From an uncultured bacterium (lineage in GTDB: Bacteria; Oederibacteriota; Oederibacteriia; Oederibacteriales; Oederibacteriaceae): DNA of 64,000 nucleotides. Positions within the stretch are counted from its first letter, which is position 1. The number at the start of each line of letters is the position of its first letter. Shown here in pieces: positions 27,367-37,438 of the stretch. The position numbers and the translations under genes are program-made. The notes under the pieces were generated by a model. It was not told where the DNA came from and did not search any database. It was given only the letters and a program-made list of their open reading frames with translations. Location: NCBI GenBank assembly GCA_965112635.1, contig OZ218778.1, positions 2,496,001 to 2,560,000 on the forward strand, read 5' to 3'.

Positions 27367-28620
27367 ATGATGACGCTGAAAATAAAAGTTAGCCCCGAGG
27401 ATTTCGTGGTTGAGGAGGTTTGCGACCTTCCCATCCGCGAGAAGGGCAAATATGGCGTGTACGTCCTGCAAAAAAGAGGCTGGAACACTCTGGACGCCCT
27501 GCGGGCCATCAGCAAAAGAACAAAGTTAGCCTCGCGCCTTTTCGCCTACGGCGGCAAAAAAGACCGCTACGGCCTGACCAGTCAGACCATCACCATCCAT
27601 GACCAAAAGGACAGGAGTTTCACGGACAAAAATTTTTCCATCCGCCGGCTGGGCTTTTGCGACCGGCCCATGGACCCTTATTTCATCAAGGCCAACCGTT
27701 TCCGCATCGTGGTCCGCAAACTGACTAAACCGGCCGTTGACCAGGCCCTGGAAGAACTAGCCAGGGTGCAAGCCCAGGGTTTCCCCAATTATTTCGATGA
27801 CCAGAGGTTTGGAAGCTATGACCCTTTGCAAGGATTCCTCGGTGAAAAGATCCTGAAAAGGCACTGGAACGGGGCCTTAAAATCCTACCTGCTTTCCATC
27901 CATCCTGAGGACAAGACCAAGGAAAAGCAGAGGAAAACAGCGCTAGGCCGCAGTTGGAAGGACTGGAAGGCCTGCGCCGGCCTGGCTGAGACCGGTTTTG
28001 AAAAAATGGCCTTTCCCGTCCTCCGCGGAACGCCCGATGACCTGCAGTCCCTGATCAGCCGCATCCCCCGGGAAGAACTGTTCATGGCGGCCAGCGCCTA
28101 TCAATCCTATCTGTGGAACGAAATGGTCCGGCGTTTAATAATGGAACGCTGCCCTCCACCCTTCAAAATGTATCCGGGAAAAGCCGGCGACTATGTCTTC
28201 CCCGGCCAGCCGCCACGCCACGTGAAAAGTTCGCTGAGCGGGCTCATTCTGCCCCTGGCAGCCGCAAAAGCAAGCGTCGCCGACCCTGGCCTCCAAAATA
28301 TCTACACGAGCGTCCTCAACGAACACAACCTCAGGCCGGCTTTGTTCAAGAGGGTAAAAATAAGGGAGGCGGAGTTCAAGCCCTCTCCCCGGCCCATTCT
28401 CGTCAAGCCCGAATCTTTGGAATGGAACACACGGCCGGACAGCGTTTATCCGGGGCATATCCAGCTGAACTTGAGCGTCCAGCTCCCCCGGGGATGTTAT
28501 GCCACCATGCTGATCAAGGCTGTTTTCAGCCGGGACTTGGCCGCCCTAGAGCCCAGGCTAAAAAATGGCGTTACCCGGCCAGACCCAGCCTCTTTAGTTC
28601 CTCTTCCAGATTTGGAGTGA
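27367..28620 (+). CDS. truD: tRNA pseudouridine(13) synthase
   Basis: PEDFVVEE, YGGKKDR, NRFRIVVR, PNYFDDQRFG, LPRGCYAT; start at 27367 after GGAGG. Confidence 0.9.
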   Translation: MMTLKIKVSPEDFVVEEVCDLPIREKGKYGVYVLQKRGWNTLDALRAISKRTKLASRLFAYGGKKDRYGLTSQTITIHDQKDRSFTDKNFSIRRLGFCDRPMDPYFIKANRFRIVVRKLTKPAVDQALEELARVQAQGFPNYFDDQRFGSYDPLQGFLGEKILKRHWNGALKSYLLSIHPEDKTKEKQRKTALGRSWKDWKACAGLAETGFEKMAFPVLRGTPDDLQSLISRIPREELFMAASAYQSYLWNEMVRRLIMERCPPPFKMYPGKAGDYVFPGQPPRHVKSSLSGLILPLAAAKASVADPGLQNIYTSVLNEHNLRPALFKRVKIREAEFKPSPRPILVKPESLEWNTRPDSVYPGHIQLNLSVQLPRGCYATMLIKAVFSRDLAALEPRLKNGVTRPDPASLVPLPDLE

Positions 28621-29101
28621 ACCCGCCCGTCCCCAGCCCGGCCCTCAGTTCATCGGGGCTCCAGAAACGGGTTTCGCTGATCTCCACCGGTTCAAAGCGG
28701 ATAGTCCCGTCATAGGATAGGATATAAGTGCGCACATGTTCTGTCTCCACGGGTGAACGCCACACGTACTCATGGCAAAATATCAAGCTCCGGCTTTCAG
28801 TGAGGCATATCCCCAGTTCCTCCGCCAGCTCGCGCAAGGCTCCTTGCTCGTAACTCTCCCCGGCCGGGATATGCCCTCCCACCGAAGTGTCCCACTTGCC
28901 CGGCTGGATTCGCTTGGCCGGGGAACGCTTTTGGAGGCAGTATTGACCTGCGGAATTGACCACAAAGACATGCACGGCCCTGTGCTGCAAAGCGGGGTTT
29001 CCGTGGCAATCTTTCCGGACTACGGACCCGATGACCTGGTTACGGTCATCCACCAGGTCAATGATCTCGTTTTCATGCTCGGCTTGGTTTTTTGTGGTCA
29101 A
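28571..29101 (-). CDS. NUDIX hydrolase (IPP isomerase type 1 / YfcD-like)
   Basis: HRAVHVFV, QKRS..K...PGKWD, GGH...GESYEQGALRELAEELG. Its 3' end overlaps the truD 3' end by 50 nt. Confidence 0.88.
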   Translation of the reverse strand: MTTKNQAEHENEIIDLVDDRNQVIGSVVRKDCHGNPALQHRAVHVFVVNSAGQYCLQKRSPAKRIQPGKWDTSVGGHIPAGESYEQGALRELAEELGICLTESRSLIFCHEYVWRSPVETEHVRTYILSYDGTIRFEPVEISETRFWSPDELRAGLGTGGFTPNLEEELKRLGLAG

Positions 29102-29259
29102 AATAAAGCCACCCCTTTATTTTGATGCGATTTTGAGGTACAAATACAGCAAGAAATACAGCCTATCCAACCCGCCTTTAGATTTAACTAAAGGCAGTAG
29201 AAACAAGCAAGATTAAAAAGCCTTCTAATCAGGCAGAAGTTCAAGGAGTTGTCCTTAAG

Positions 29260-30717
29260 ATGCGTGGCTTTCAAAAGTTATCGCGCCTTCTAATACTGGT
29301 TTGCTCGGTCATCACGATCCTTTTAATATCCCCTGCCGCTTCTCACGCCACCAAAGCGGTGGAAGCGGACATTCTTTGTCAGTTCGACGACGCCGGGGAC
29401 GCCTGGGTCAACGGCTACCCGGTCTGGTTGGACGTGACGATGACCGCTAACGACAAATACCGTGTTTATCCGCATTATCCGCCGATGTATCCGTTGACCT
29501 GCACGGCCAGGTCCATTCCGCCGGATATATTGAATGCCAGCGACGTGCTCTGCATGAAGAATTACAACCGCGAGCCTCAATCCATGAGCATTTTTTACCT
29601 CCTTCACGTCAAGCTGGACAACGGGAAAGAATGGTATTTGGAATCCAGCCAGGAATCCGTTGAAGACACGAAAATGCTGCACAACCCGGATGACATTCTT
29701 CTGATGATCTCCAAAGGCAATGACCAGTCCACCGGATACCTGACCAAAGCGGATGTGGCGGCCGGGAGGGAGTTTCCCTACCGGGACTACGCGGAACTGG
29801 GGCCCAAGGGTTGGTTGAACTATGGATTTAACGATTCCGAGTGGAACAGCACCATTTACGATGCTCCCAATTATATGACGGCGGTGATAAACCCCGAGTC
29901 GGGGATGGGGATAGGGGTGCTGTCAAGTTACGAGCACACGATCTCGCAGACCAGCGGCAACGACATAGACTATTACCGCAGGCATTTCAACCTATGGCCT
30001 ACGGACACGGCCACTTACACGCAGACGGAGACGCCGGTGCCGATACCGACCTCGACGGCAACGAAAGTGCCTCCATTGACCTTTACGTTCTCGGCGACGG
30101 CGGTGAATACCAGCACGCCGCTGCCTACGGCTACTCCGAGGCCCACGGTGCCCGGGTTCACTCCGGTGCCGACCAATACCGTGCCGCCCACCAATACCTT
30201 TACCCCGGCCTTTACGCTCGTGATCTTGCCGCCGACCCGCACCTTTACCCCTGCGCCGCCGCCGCCGACCAACACCCCCGGCAAGACCGAGATCACCGTG
30301 CATATTTCACCCACGGTGGCTGTGACTTCCGTGGTGACCCCCGTGGTGGTCATTACCAAAGCTCTGGTCCTGAACTATGAGGAGCAAGGCGGACAATACT
30401 TTACCTACAAGATCAACTGGACGGCGAACGCGTTCCTGAAATACGGCATGACGATCACGGACTACCTGCCGAACTTCCTGGACATGAAGACCTTCACGAA
30501 GGGCGGCAAGGTCCACGCCGATACCGGCCAGATCGAATTCGTCATCAAAGGGCCTGTTGGCGAAGGCACCAAGGGAGAATTCCTGTACCTGATGGGCGTC
30601 AAGGATGGCCTGTCCGGCGAGCAGTCAGCCCAGAGCAGCGCCCAGGCGACCTATTACTTCAAGGGCGCGACTTCCACGGCCACTTCCAACGAGGTCGTCA
30701 CGAAGATCGTTCCGTAA
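29260..30717 (+). CDS. Secreted protein: beta-sandwich/lectin-like domain, Thr/Pro-rich linker, DUF11-like C-terminal domain
   Basis: Signal peptide (SHA-T); DD...WVNG, GFNDSEW and YYRRHF motifs; long TPT linker; ITK...FTYKI...ITDYLP. Confidence 0.6.
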   Translation: MRGFQKLSRLLILVCSVITILLISPAASHATKAVEADILCQFDDAGDAWVNGYPVWLDVTMTANDKYRVYPHYPPMYPLTCTARSIPPDILNASDVLCMKNYNREPQSMSIFYLLHVKLDNGKEWYLESSQESVEDTKMLHNPDDILLMISKGNDQSTGYLTKADVAAGREFPYRDYAELGPKGWLNYGFNDSEWNSTIYDAPNYMTAVINPESGMGIGVLSSYEHTISQTSGNDIDYYRRHFNLWPTDTATYTQTETPVPIPTSTATKVPPLTFTFSATAVNTSTPLPTATPRPTVPGFTPVPTNTVPPTNTFTPAFTLVILPPTRTFTPAPPPPTNTPGKTEITVHISPTVAVTSVVTPVVVITKALVLNYEEQGGQYFTYKINWTANAFLKYGMTITDYLPNFLDMKTFTKGGKVHADTGQIEFVIKGPVGEGTKGEFLYLMGVKDGLSGEQSAQSSAQATYYFKGATSTATSNEVVTKIVP

Positions 30718-30757
30718 GCGGTCAGGGCCTTGGGGCCCGCGATCTTTCAGGGAACAA

Positions 30758-33700
30758 TCAGGCTTTCTGGACCAGCTCAACCCCTCCGAGCAGGCCGTAG
30801 TTAAAGAGCGAGAACTCGTCCTTGATGTTCCGCTCATCCTCAAAACCGTCCGGCCCGCACCACTGGTTGTCGTCCCCGGTCTTTTCATGCAGGGGTCCCC
30901 AGCTGTTCTGCAGGGAAGAGACCACTTCGATCTCCAGAAGATTCTCTCCGTCTTTGAGATACGGGGTAAGCTCCAGTTCATAGGGCTGCCACAGGATTTT
31001 CCCTGCCTCTTCACCATTGACCCTGACCTTAAAGAGGATGCCCGAGGGCTGGTTCAGCCGCAGCCAGGTTTTGGCCTTTTTCCGGACATGGAACGGTGTT
31101 GAGTAGACCATCCTGCCGCTGTAAAAAGGATAGGTCTGCCTGACCCACGACCCGAACTCCAGTCTTTTGGTTTCTTCCACGATCTTTCCTTCGTAGGGGC
31201 CCGCAAGCTCCACGCCAAAATCCCCGACCACATAGGCCGCCTCCACCTGGGTCAGGATATTGTATTGGACCGAGAACTCCGCGACATTCCCCCCTTTTCT
31301 GACCAGGCGGCTGATGTCGACCTTGCCGAAACCGCGGTCCCAGTGCCAGGCCCCTGTCTTGGCCGGAACAGGGACGCCGTTCACTTTGAGGAATCCCTTG
31401 TTCAGGTCCTCAATGACTAAAAAAGCGCTCCTGGGGTTGGCCACGTCGCTGGTGAATTTATAGCGCAGGGTCAAGGGTCCCGTGCTGTCCTTAAAAAGAC
31501 CCTTGCGGATGACGACCCACGGCTGCCACCACAGGGCATCCTCCGTGCCAAAATGTTTGGCGACCTTTTCACGGATGCGGAATTCCAGGTCGCGGGCCGT
31601 CCAGGTCTGGCCATGGTCAAAAGAGGCTTCCAGCCTGTCCATCACCAGCACGTTCGCGTCCAGCCGGCGATGCTCCCACAACTTGGGCAAAGCGACTTGT
31701 TTTGTTTGGGCAGGCAAGCCCAGCCCTTTGACCGGCCTGGCCTGGGGTATGTTCCCGGTCGATACCAGTAGCGACCCGCAAGGAGGCAGGGTGAAAAGCA
31801 CCTCGCTATCCTTGCCTTTCCGCTGGGATTCCATCTGTCTGGCCGTCCCGCTCAGGGGGTCCAGGGCCGTGACTTTCTTGGCCCCATTTTTTAAAACAAG
31901 GGAATAATGCATATCGTGGATCCTGTCCGAATTGACGATGAACAGGATCAGGTTGTTGCCGTCTTCCCTGGCGTGGACATAGGTCTGCGGAACGGATTTG
32001 CCGTCCAACCCGGCCAGCCTGAACTTCTGGGGCACGGTCTCATTCATAGCCGCCTGTAGGTTCTCGATACTGGAGGACATCGTCCGCACTCCGGGCTGGC
32101 TGGCCAAACCTCTCCATTTTTCCATTGCCGGCTCGCCCTCTATGTCCAGGGGCAGTTCTCCGCTGAAGATGAGCTGGCCGCCCTGGCTCACGAACTTTTG
32201 CAGCAGCCTGAAAGTGGAAGGCCGCCAGGTCACGGACGGCGGCACCACGACCACCTCATAGGCCATTTTGCCGACCACAAATTTGCCTTTCTTGACGCTC
32301 CCCAGGTCCTGGATGTATCCCTCGTCGCCCAGATCGCAGTCAAATCCTGCGTTCAAAGTGGCCTCCACCAGCTTGCGGTACTGCTCGTCCAGTCTCTGGG
32401 CGTCGCTCAGGTCCTCCAGGGGCGGATTCACGGGAGTGGCCTTGGGCTGGAAATATTCGGTCCGGGTGGCGACCCCGAAACGGTGGTCGCTTGTGGCGCT
32501 CTCGATGGGATGCAGCAAAAGCACATGGGCTCCCGGCTTGCCGCAGGTCAGGGCGTAATGGACCCGCGTGAAATAATCATTGAGCGGGTTGAGCTCTTTC
32601 CAGTAGGTCTGCTGGTAGTTCCATACGGGCGGGTAGTCCCTCTTGGCCCTGCCTTTGGCCGTGTACCAGGAAAGATGGGGGCAGAAAAAGGTCGCGCCCA
32701 GGACCAGGTCATAATCGCCCAGCCATTTAAAATCCTGGAAAGTGTTGGTGTGACGCGACACGCCGAATATCTCGGTCAGGACCCGTTTCCTGCCGAGCTG
32801 CCTGGCCGCCGAACTCACCTGCTTGACCGTCAGCAGCAGGCCGTCGACTTTGCGGCAGAGATGGTCTATGCCCGGAGCGTGCTGGAACCGGTAATGGGCC
32901 ATGACGCCGCCGCAATGGCAGCGTATCTGCGAGGTGAAGGATTCCTCGGCGTTGTAGTGCCCGGTGTGCTCCAGCCCGTGCTTTTCGCACCACTCGAAGA
33001 TGGGCTTGCTGTAGGCCTCGGTGAACTGCCTTAAAATGGCGCGGTGCATCAGGAGCCTGATATGTCTGGCTCCTTTGCCGTCAAAGAACATGTAGGGTAG
33101 GTCGTTCCAGAAGTTCCTGCGGTTCCATTTCCGGTAGACTTGGGGCAAACCCTCGTACCAGGGCAGGCTGTGGTCGGTCTGCCATATCTGGGGCTCGTCC
33201 GTGAAAATGCCCGGTATCCTTTTCCCGAACTCCTCCTGAAATTCCTTGGCGTAAACATCATGGGTCATCCGAATGAACTCCCTCATGGCCTCGGGGTTAA
33301 GGAGGTTGGCGTAGGATTCGCCGTTCCACCACGCTCCCTTGGAGTCATAGCGCCGGATGAGGACCAGCCGTTCTTCTTTCTGGATCTTTCCAGCCTGCTT
33401 GACCGCTACGGCCCGGTATTTAAAGAGGTCCTTGCCGCTGCGCTTTTCAATGGCATAGACCATCCTTAATTCCTGGTCCTTTTGGGAGCGAGGGAGAGGC
33501 ACTCCCGGAGCCAGGAGGTATGCGTCCAGCAAAGCGGTGCGGTACTCGTCCTTGGTCCCGGCGATGAGCCCCCCGGCATTGCCGCTGGGCCACCGGTCCT
33601 CGTCGTAAAGCCACAGGTAGCCGTCGTGTTCCTTGGCCGCCTTTAGAGCGGCCCGCATATTGTCGAACCATTCCTTGGAAAGATAGTCCGTAACCAGCCC

Positions 33701-33853
33701 GGCCCTGGAATGGAAAAACCCTCCGGAAAGGCCCACGGAGATCATGTCCGTCATTTGCCTGGCGGTCTCCCCTGTTTCCAGTTTGTCGTTGATGGACCAG
33801 AACGGCGCCGGCCTGAGGATCGTGTCGGGATTTTGGAACTTTTTGATATCCAT
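30758..33853 (-). CDS. GH106-like glycoside hydrolase (alpha-L-rhamnosidase family)
   Basis: PAPFWSIN, FFHSRAGL, YLSKEW, WLYDEDRWPSG, GIFTDEP, PGIDHL, RDYPP, YPFYSG, GLLG; no signal peptide. Confidence 0.8.
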   Translation of the reverse strand: MDIKKFQNPDTILRPAPFWSINDKLETGETARQMTDMISVGLSGGFFHSRAGLVTDYLSKEWFDNMRAALKAAKEHDGYLWLYDEDRWPSGNAGGLIAGTKDEYRTALLDAYLLAPGVPLPRSQKDQELRMVYAIEKRSGKDLFKYRAVAVKQAGKIQKEERLVLIRRYDSKGAWWNGESYANLLNPEAMREFIRMTHDVYAKEFQEEFGKRIPGIFTDEPQIWQTDHSLPWYEGLPQVYRKWNRRNFWNDLPYMFFDGKGARHIRLLMHRAILRQFTEAYSKPIFEWCEKHGLEHTGHYNAEESFTSQIRCHCGGVMAHYRFQHAPGIDHLCRKVDGLLLTVKQVSSAARQLGRKRVLTEIFGVSRHTNTFQDFKWLGDYDLVLGATFFCPHLSWYTAKGRAKRDYPPVWNYQQTYWKELNPLNDYFTRVHYALTCGKPGAHVLLLHPIESATSDHRFGVATRTEYFQPKATPVNPPLEDLSDAQRLDEQYRKLVEATLNAGFDCDLGDEGYIQDLGSVKKGKFVVGKMAYEVVVVPPSVTWRPSTFRLLQKFVSQGGQLIFSGELPLDIEGEPAMEKWRGLASQPGVRTMSSSIENLQAAMNETVPQKFRLAGLDGKSVPQTYVHAREDGNNLILFIVNSDRIHDMHYSLVLKNGAKKVTALDPLSGTARQMESQRKGKDSEVLFTLPPCGSLLVSTGNIPQARPVKGLGLPAQTKQVALPKLWEHRRLDANVLVMDRLEASFDHGQTWTARDLEFRIREKVAKHFGTEDALWWQPWVVIRKGLFKDSTGPLTLRYKFTSDVANPRSAFLVIEDLNKGFLKVNGVPVPAKTGAWHWDRGFGKVDISRLVRKGGNVAEFSVQYNILTQVEAAYVVGDFGVELAGPYEGKIVEETKRLEFGSWVRQTYPFYSGRMVYSTPFHVRKKAKTWLRLNQPSGILFKVRVNGEEAGKILWQPYELELTPYLKDGENLLEIEVVSSLQNSWGPLHEKTGDDNQWCGPDGFEDERNIKDEFSLFNYGLLGGVELVQKA

Positions 33854-33999
33854 GATGAGTCCTTTCTACAATTCAGAATTAAACGCCATAACCCGGCAAA
33901 GATTGTTTGTTCTTGACCAGATGGATAATTAATAGCACAATTTTAAGCTACATAATAATGTAAAATATCTTTGTTCTTCTTTGTAACTAGGGAGCAAAA

Positions 34000-34893
34000 A
34001 TGTCGGACAAAATTTCCGTTCTTCTGGACACGGATATCGGCAGTGACATTGACGACGCCGTAGCCTTATCCTACCTGCTCCGCCAGCCCCGCTGCGAACT
34101 GCTGGGCATCACCACGGTTTCGGGCGATACCCGCCAGCGCGCGGCCTGCGCCGAGATCCTCTGCGCTGAGGCGGGCCGGCTGGATATCCCCATCCACTGC
34201 GGCGCTGAACAGGTCTTGCTCCTCGGCCCCGGCCAGCCCGAAGTCCCCCAGTACCACGCCATCAAACACCGGCCCCATCACCTGGACCGGCCTCTCCATA
34301 CTGCCGTGGATTTCCTGAGAAAGACTATCCGCCAGCGACCAGGCGAGATCACCCTTTTGACCATCGGCCCTTTGACCAACATCGCCTTGCTTTTCGCCAT
34401 GGACCCCGAGATCCCCTCCCTTTTGAAAAACCATGTGGCCATGGCCGGCGAATTTTTCGTCCAGTCAGAACGCCATTTCCGGGAGTGGAATATCCTGGTG
34501 GACCCCGTGGCCAGCGCCATGGTTTACTCCACGCCCCACAAGGATTTCACCAGCATCGGCCTGGATGTCACCCTCCAATGCGCCCTGCCCGCTCCCGAGG
34601 TCAGGAAAAAGTTCCAGACCAAGCCCCTCAACATAGTTTTGGAAATGGCCCAGGTCTGGTTCCAAAAAGTTGACCGGGTCATCTTCCACGACCCCCTGGC
34701 CGCTGCGGTCATCTTTGAGCCCGGGCTGTGCCAGTATGAAACAGGCCGGGTCAAGGTCACCGTGGACGCGGACCAGGAAAAGTCCGGGGCTACTTTATTT
34801 ACTTCCCCTGCCTCGGGCCCTGTTTCCCACCGGGTGGCCAAAAGCGTGGACACCGCTAAATTCTTCAAGGAATATTTTGGAGTTTTCCAATGA
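34000..34893 (+). CDS. Inosine/uridine-preferring nucleoside hydrolase family protein
   Basis: LDTDIGSDIDD, IGPLTNIA, EWNI..DP, GLDVT, HDPLAA. Confidence 0.9.
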   Translation: MSDKISVLLDTDIGSDIDDAVALSYLLRQPRCELLGITTVSGDTRQRAACAEILCAEAGRLDIPIHCGAEQVLLLGPGQPEVPQYHAIKHRPHHLDRPLHTAVDFLRKTIRQRPGEITLLTIGPLTNIALLFAMDPEIPSLLKNHVAMAGEFFVQSERHFREWNILVDPVASAMVYSTPHKDFTSIGLDVTLQCALPAPEVRKKFQTKPLNIVLEMAQVWFQKVDRVIFHDPLAAAVIFEPGLCQYETGRVKVTVDADQEKSGATLFTSPASGPVSHRVAKSVDTAKFFKEYFGVFQ

Positions 34894-36995
34894 CCGAACA
34901 AGAACCCATCCCAGCCGAACAGCCCCATGAGCCCGAACAGCCTCAAGAGCCCGAGCAGCCCGCTCCACCCCCGCTGCCTCCTGTAAAAAAGAATAAACTC
35001 CGTTTTTACCTTATTGTTCTTGGGATCGCCCTGGTCCCCCTTATCTTTTGGGTCGTCCAGTTTTTCAGGCAGGATTCCGGCCCCATCACCAACCAGTCCG
35101 TGCTAAAACCTTTGGCTTACCAGCCCCTGCCTGTGGGCTCTATCAAGCCCAAGGGTTGGCTTCTCCATCAGCTCAAGGTCCAGGCCCAGGGCCTGTCCGG
35201 CCACTTGGACGAATTCTGGCCGGATATAGCTCAAAGCGGCTGGATAGGCGGCAAAGCCGAGGGCTGGGAGCGCGGCCCCTACTGGCTCGACGGCGTGGTC
35301 CCCCTGGCGGTCCTGACCGATGACAGCGGTCTCAAGAAAAAGGTTAAATACTGGTTCAATTACATTCTGGAACACCAGGCCAGCGACGGCTGGCTCGGCC
35401 CGGACAACAGCCCCTGCGCCACGGGTTCCCTCGGCCGGCCTCCGGAATTCCGCGACCCCTGGCCCCAGTTCGTCATCCTCAAGGCTATGGCGCAGTATCA
35501 GGAGGCTTTTGGCGACAAACGCGTCATCCCGGCCATGATGGACGACCTGCACTGCCTGAACGACCAGCTCGACCACCGCCCGTTGTTTGGCTGGAACTTT
35601 TTCCGCTGGGGCGACCTGCTCCCCACCCTCTACTGGCTTTACCAAAAGACTTCCGACCCCTGGCTTTTGGACTTCGGCCGCAAGGCCGCCAGCCAGGGCT
35701 ATGACTGGGACAAGCATTTCGCCGACCTGCCAGTAAAAGACAAGTCCGTCCAATGGACCTGGGAGGGCCATGTGGTCAACACAGCCATGGGACTGAAAAC
35801 TCCCGGGTGGATGTATATCTTCACCGGCGAGAACCGGCACAGAAAAGCGGTCAGCCAGGCCTTTGAGGCCCTGGACCGTTATCACGGAGAGCCTTCGGGC
35901 CTGTTTAGCGGCGACGAATGCCTGGCCGGCCGCTCCCCCTCGCAGGGCACCGAGCTTTGCGCCGTGGCTGAGACCATGTTCTCCCTGGAGACCCTCCTGT
36001 CCGCCCTCGGCGACCTGTCCCTGGCGGACCGGCTGGAAAAGATCGCCTTTAACGCCCTGCCCTGCTATTTCACCCCGGACTACTGGGGCCACCAGTATGA
36101 CGACCAGCCCAATCAGGTGGTCTGTCAGTGGACGCCCCGGCCAATCTACACCACCAACAACGGCGAAGCCAACCTCTACGGCCTGGAACCGCACTACGGC
36201 TGCTGCACGGCCAACATGCACCAGGCCTGGCCCAAGTTCACGACCCACCTGTGGATGGCCACCCCGGACAGCGGTCTGGTTTGCCTGGCCTATTCCCCCT
36301 GTTCCGTGGAAACCGAGGTCAACGGCGTCAAGGCGTCCATCCTGGAACAGACGGACTATCCTTTTGACGAACTGCTGAATTTCCAGATCACCGTGGCCGG
36401 AGACGCGGCCATCCCCATCTATTTCCGTGTGCCCTCCTGGACCGACAAGGCCACCCTGAAACTCCCGGACGGAAAAATCGAAAATCTAAGGCCAGGCTCC
36501 CTGCATCAGGTCATCTGGCAATGGCACGGCACCCAGACCCTCGTGATGGAACTTCCCATGTCCATCCGGGTGGAAAAAGGTTACAACAACGCCGTGACGC
36601 TTGTCCGCGGTCCTCTCATCTATTCCCTACCCATCCGAGAGCAATGGAAAGCCGTCCAGGCCTATCCTTACCAGCCCAAGGAGGGTAAAAAATATTACTG
36701 GCAGGTGTTCCCCCAAAGCCCCTGGAATTACGCCCTGGTCATGAACGAAGGGCACCCTGACAAGACAGCGACATTTTTACGCGGGAAAATGAACGAGGAC
36801 CCTTTTACGGCGGAGAACACTACGGGAAGGATCATGGTGCACGGCAGGAAGGTCGATTACTGGGTCATTGATTCCGGCGCGGCTGCCCCGCCGCCTGCAA
36901 GCCCGGCTAGGACCAGCCAGCCTTTGGAGGATTTGCAACTCGTGCCCTACGGCGCCAGCCGCCTCCGGGTTACGGAATTCCCGGTATTGGAATAA
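34890..36995 (+). CDS. GH127/GH146-like beta-L-arabinofuranosidase with N-terminal membrane anchor
   Basis: IKPKGWL, WERGPYWLDG, HVVN, GTELC, GCCTANMHQ (Cys/Zn motif), TDYPF; Pro/Glu-rich N-terminus followed by a TM helix. Confidence 0.85.
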   Translation: MTEQEPIPAEQPHEPEQPQEPEQPAPPPLPPVKKNKLRFYLIVLGIALVPLIFWVVQFFRQDSGPITNQSVLKPLAYQPLPVGSIKPKGWLLHQLKVQAQGLSGHLDEFWPDIAQSGWIGGKAEGWERGPYWLDGVVPLAVLTDDSGLKKKVKYWFNYILEHQASDGWLGPDNSPCATGSLGRPPEFRDPWPQFVILKAMAQYQEAFGDKRVIPAMMDDLHCLNDQLDHRPLFGWNFFRWGDLLPTLYWLYQKTSDPWLLDFGRKAASQGYDWDKHFADLPVKDKSVQWTWEGHVVNTAMGLKTPGWMYIFTGENRHRKAVSQAFEALDRYHGEPSGLFSGDECLAGRSPSQGTELCAVAETMFSLETLLSALGDLSLADRLEKIAFNALPCYFTPDYWGHQYDDQPNQVVCQWTPRPIYTTNNGEANLYGLEPHYGCCTANMHQAWPKFTTHLWMATPDSGLVCLAYSPCSVETEVNGVKASILEQTDYPFDELLNFQITVAGDAAIPIYFRVPSWTDKATLKLPDGKIENLRPGSLHQVIWQWHGTQTLVMELPMSIRVEKGYNNAVTLVRGPLIYSLPIREQWKAVQAYPYQPKEGKKYYWQVFPQSPWNYALVMNEGHPDKTATFLRGKMNEDPFTAENTTGRIMVHGRKVDYWVIDSGAAAPPPASPARTSQPLEDLQLVPYGASRLRVTEFPVLE

Positions 36996-37025
36996 GATGG
37001 CCTAGGGCTCACCGAAGGCGGCCCT

Positions 37026-37304
37026 TCAAAACTCAACCCCAAAATCCGTAAAACTACCCTGATAGGGTTCCCAGACAATATTAACATCCGTCACCCGGCT
37101 CATGGGCGGGCCTGTCTTCAGTTCGTTGACATACTCCTCTATATTACTTTTACCACCCTCTACCACAGTTTCCACATTGCCGTCTGGAAGATTCATCACA
37201 TACCCCCTCAACTCCTGCTTTCTCGCCTTTTCCTCCGCGAAATAACGGTAGCCCACCCCCTGCACCCTGCCTTTGATAGTGATCCTTGCCCTTGCGTCAG
37301 CCAT
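37026..37304 (-). CDS. acyP: Acylphosphatase
   Basis: GRVQGVGYRY, GYVMNLPDGNVE, GPPMSRV. Confidence 0.95.
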   Translation of the reverse strand: MADARARITIKGRVQGVGYRYFAEEKARKQELRGYVMNLPDGNVETVVEGGKSNIEEYVNELKTGPPMSRVTDVNIVWEPYQGSFTDFGVEF

Positions 37305-37396
37305 CGCTTGCCCCTTCCATCATCTGGTCATCCCCCTTGCACTGGGCGACAGCTTTAGCTGGAGCCCAGCCCGTAGCCCCAAAGGGCGGAGGTGCA

Positions 37397-37435
37397 TTTC
37401 ACATGCTCATCTTAAAACTTTATGGGCATGTGAAA
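37397..37435. terminator. Hairpin immediately after the tad cassette (terminator or stabiliser)
   Basis: Inverted repeat tttcacatgc (37397-37406)/gcatgtgaaa (37426-37435). Confidence 0.5.
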
Positions 37436-37438
37436 ATA

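Noticed and set aside
28571-28620. 50-nt convergent overlap of truD and the NUDIX gene
   Set aside because: The TruD core ends before the overlap; it is most simply a non-conserved tail extension.
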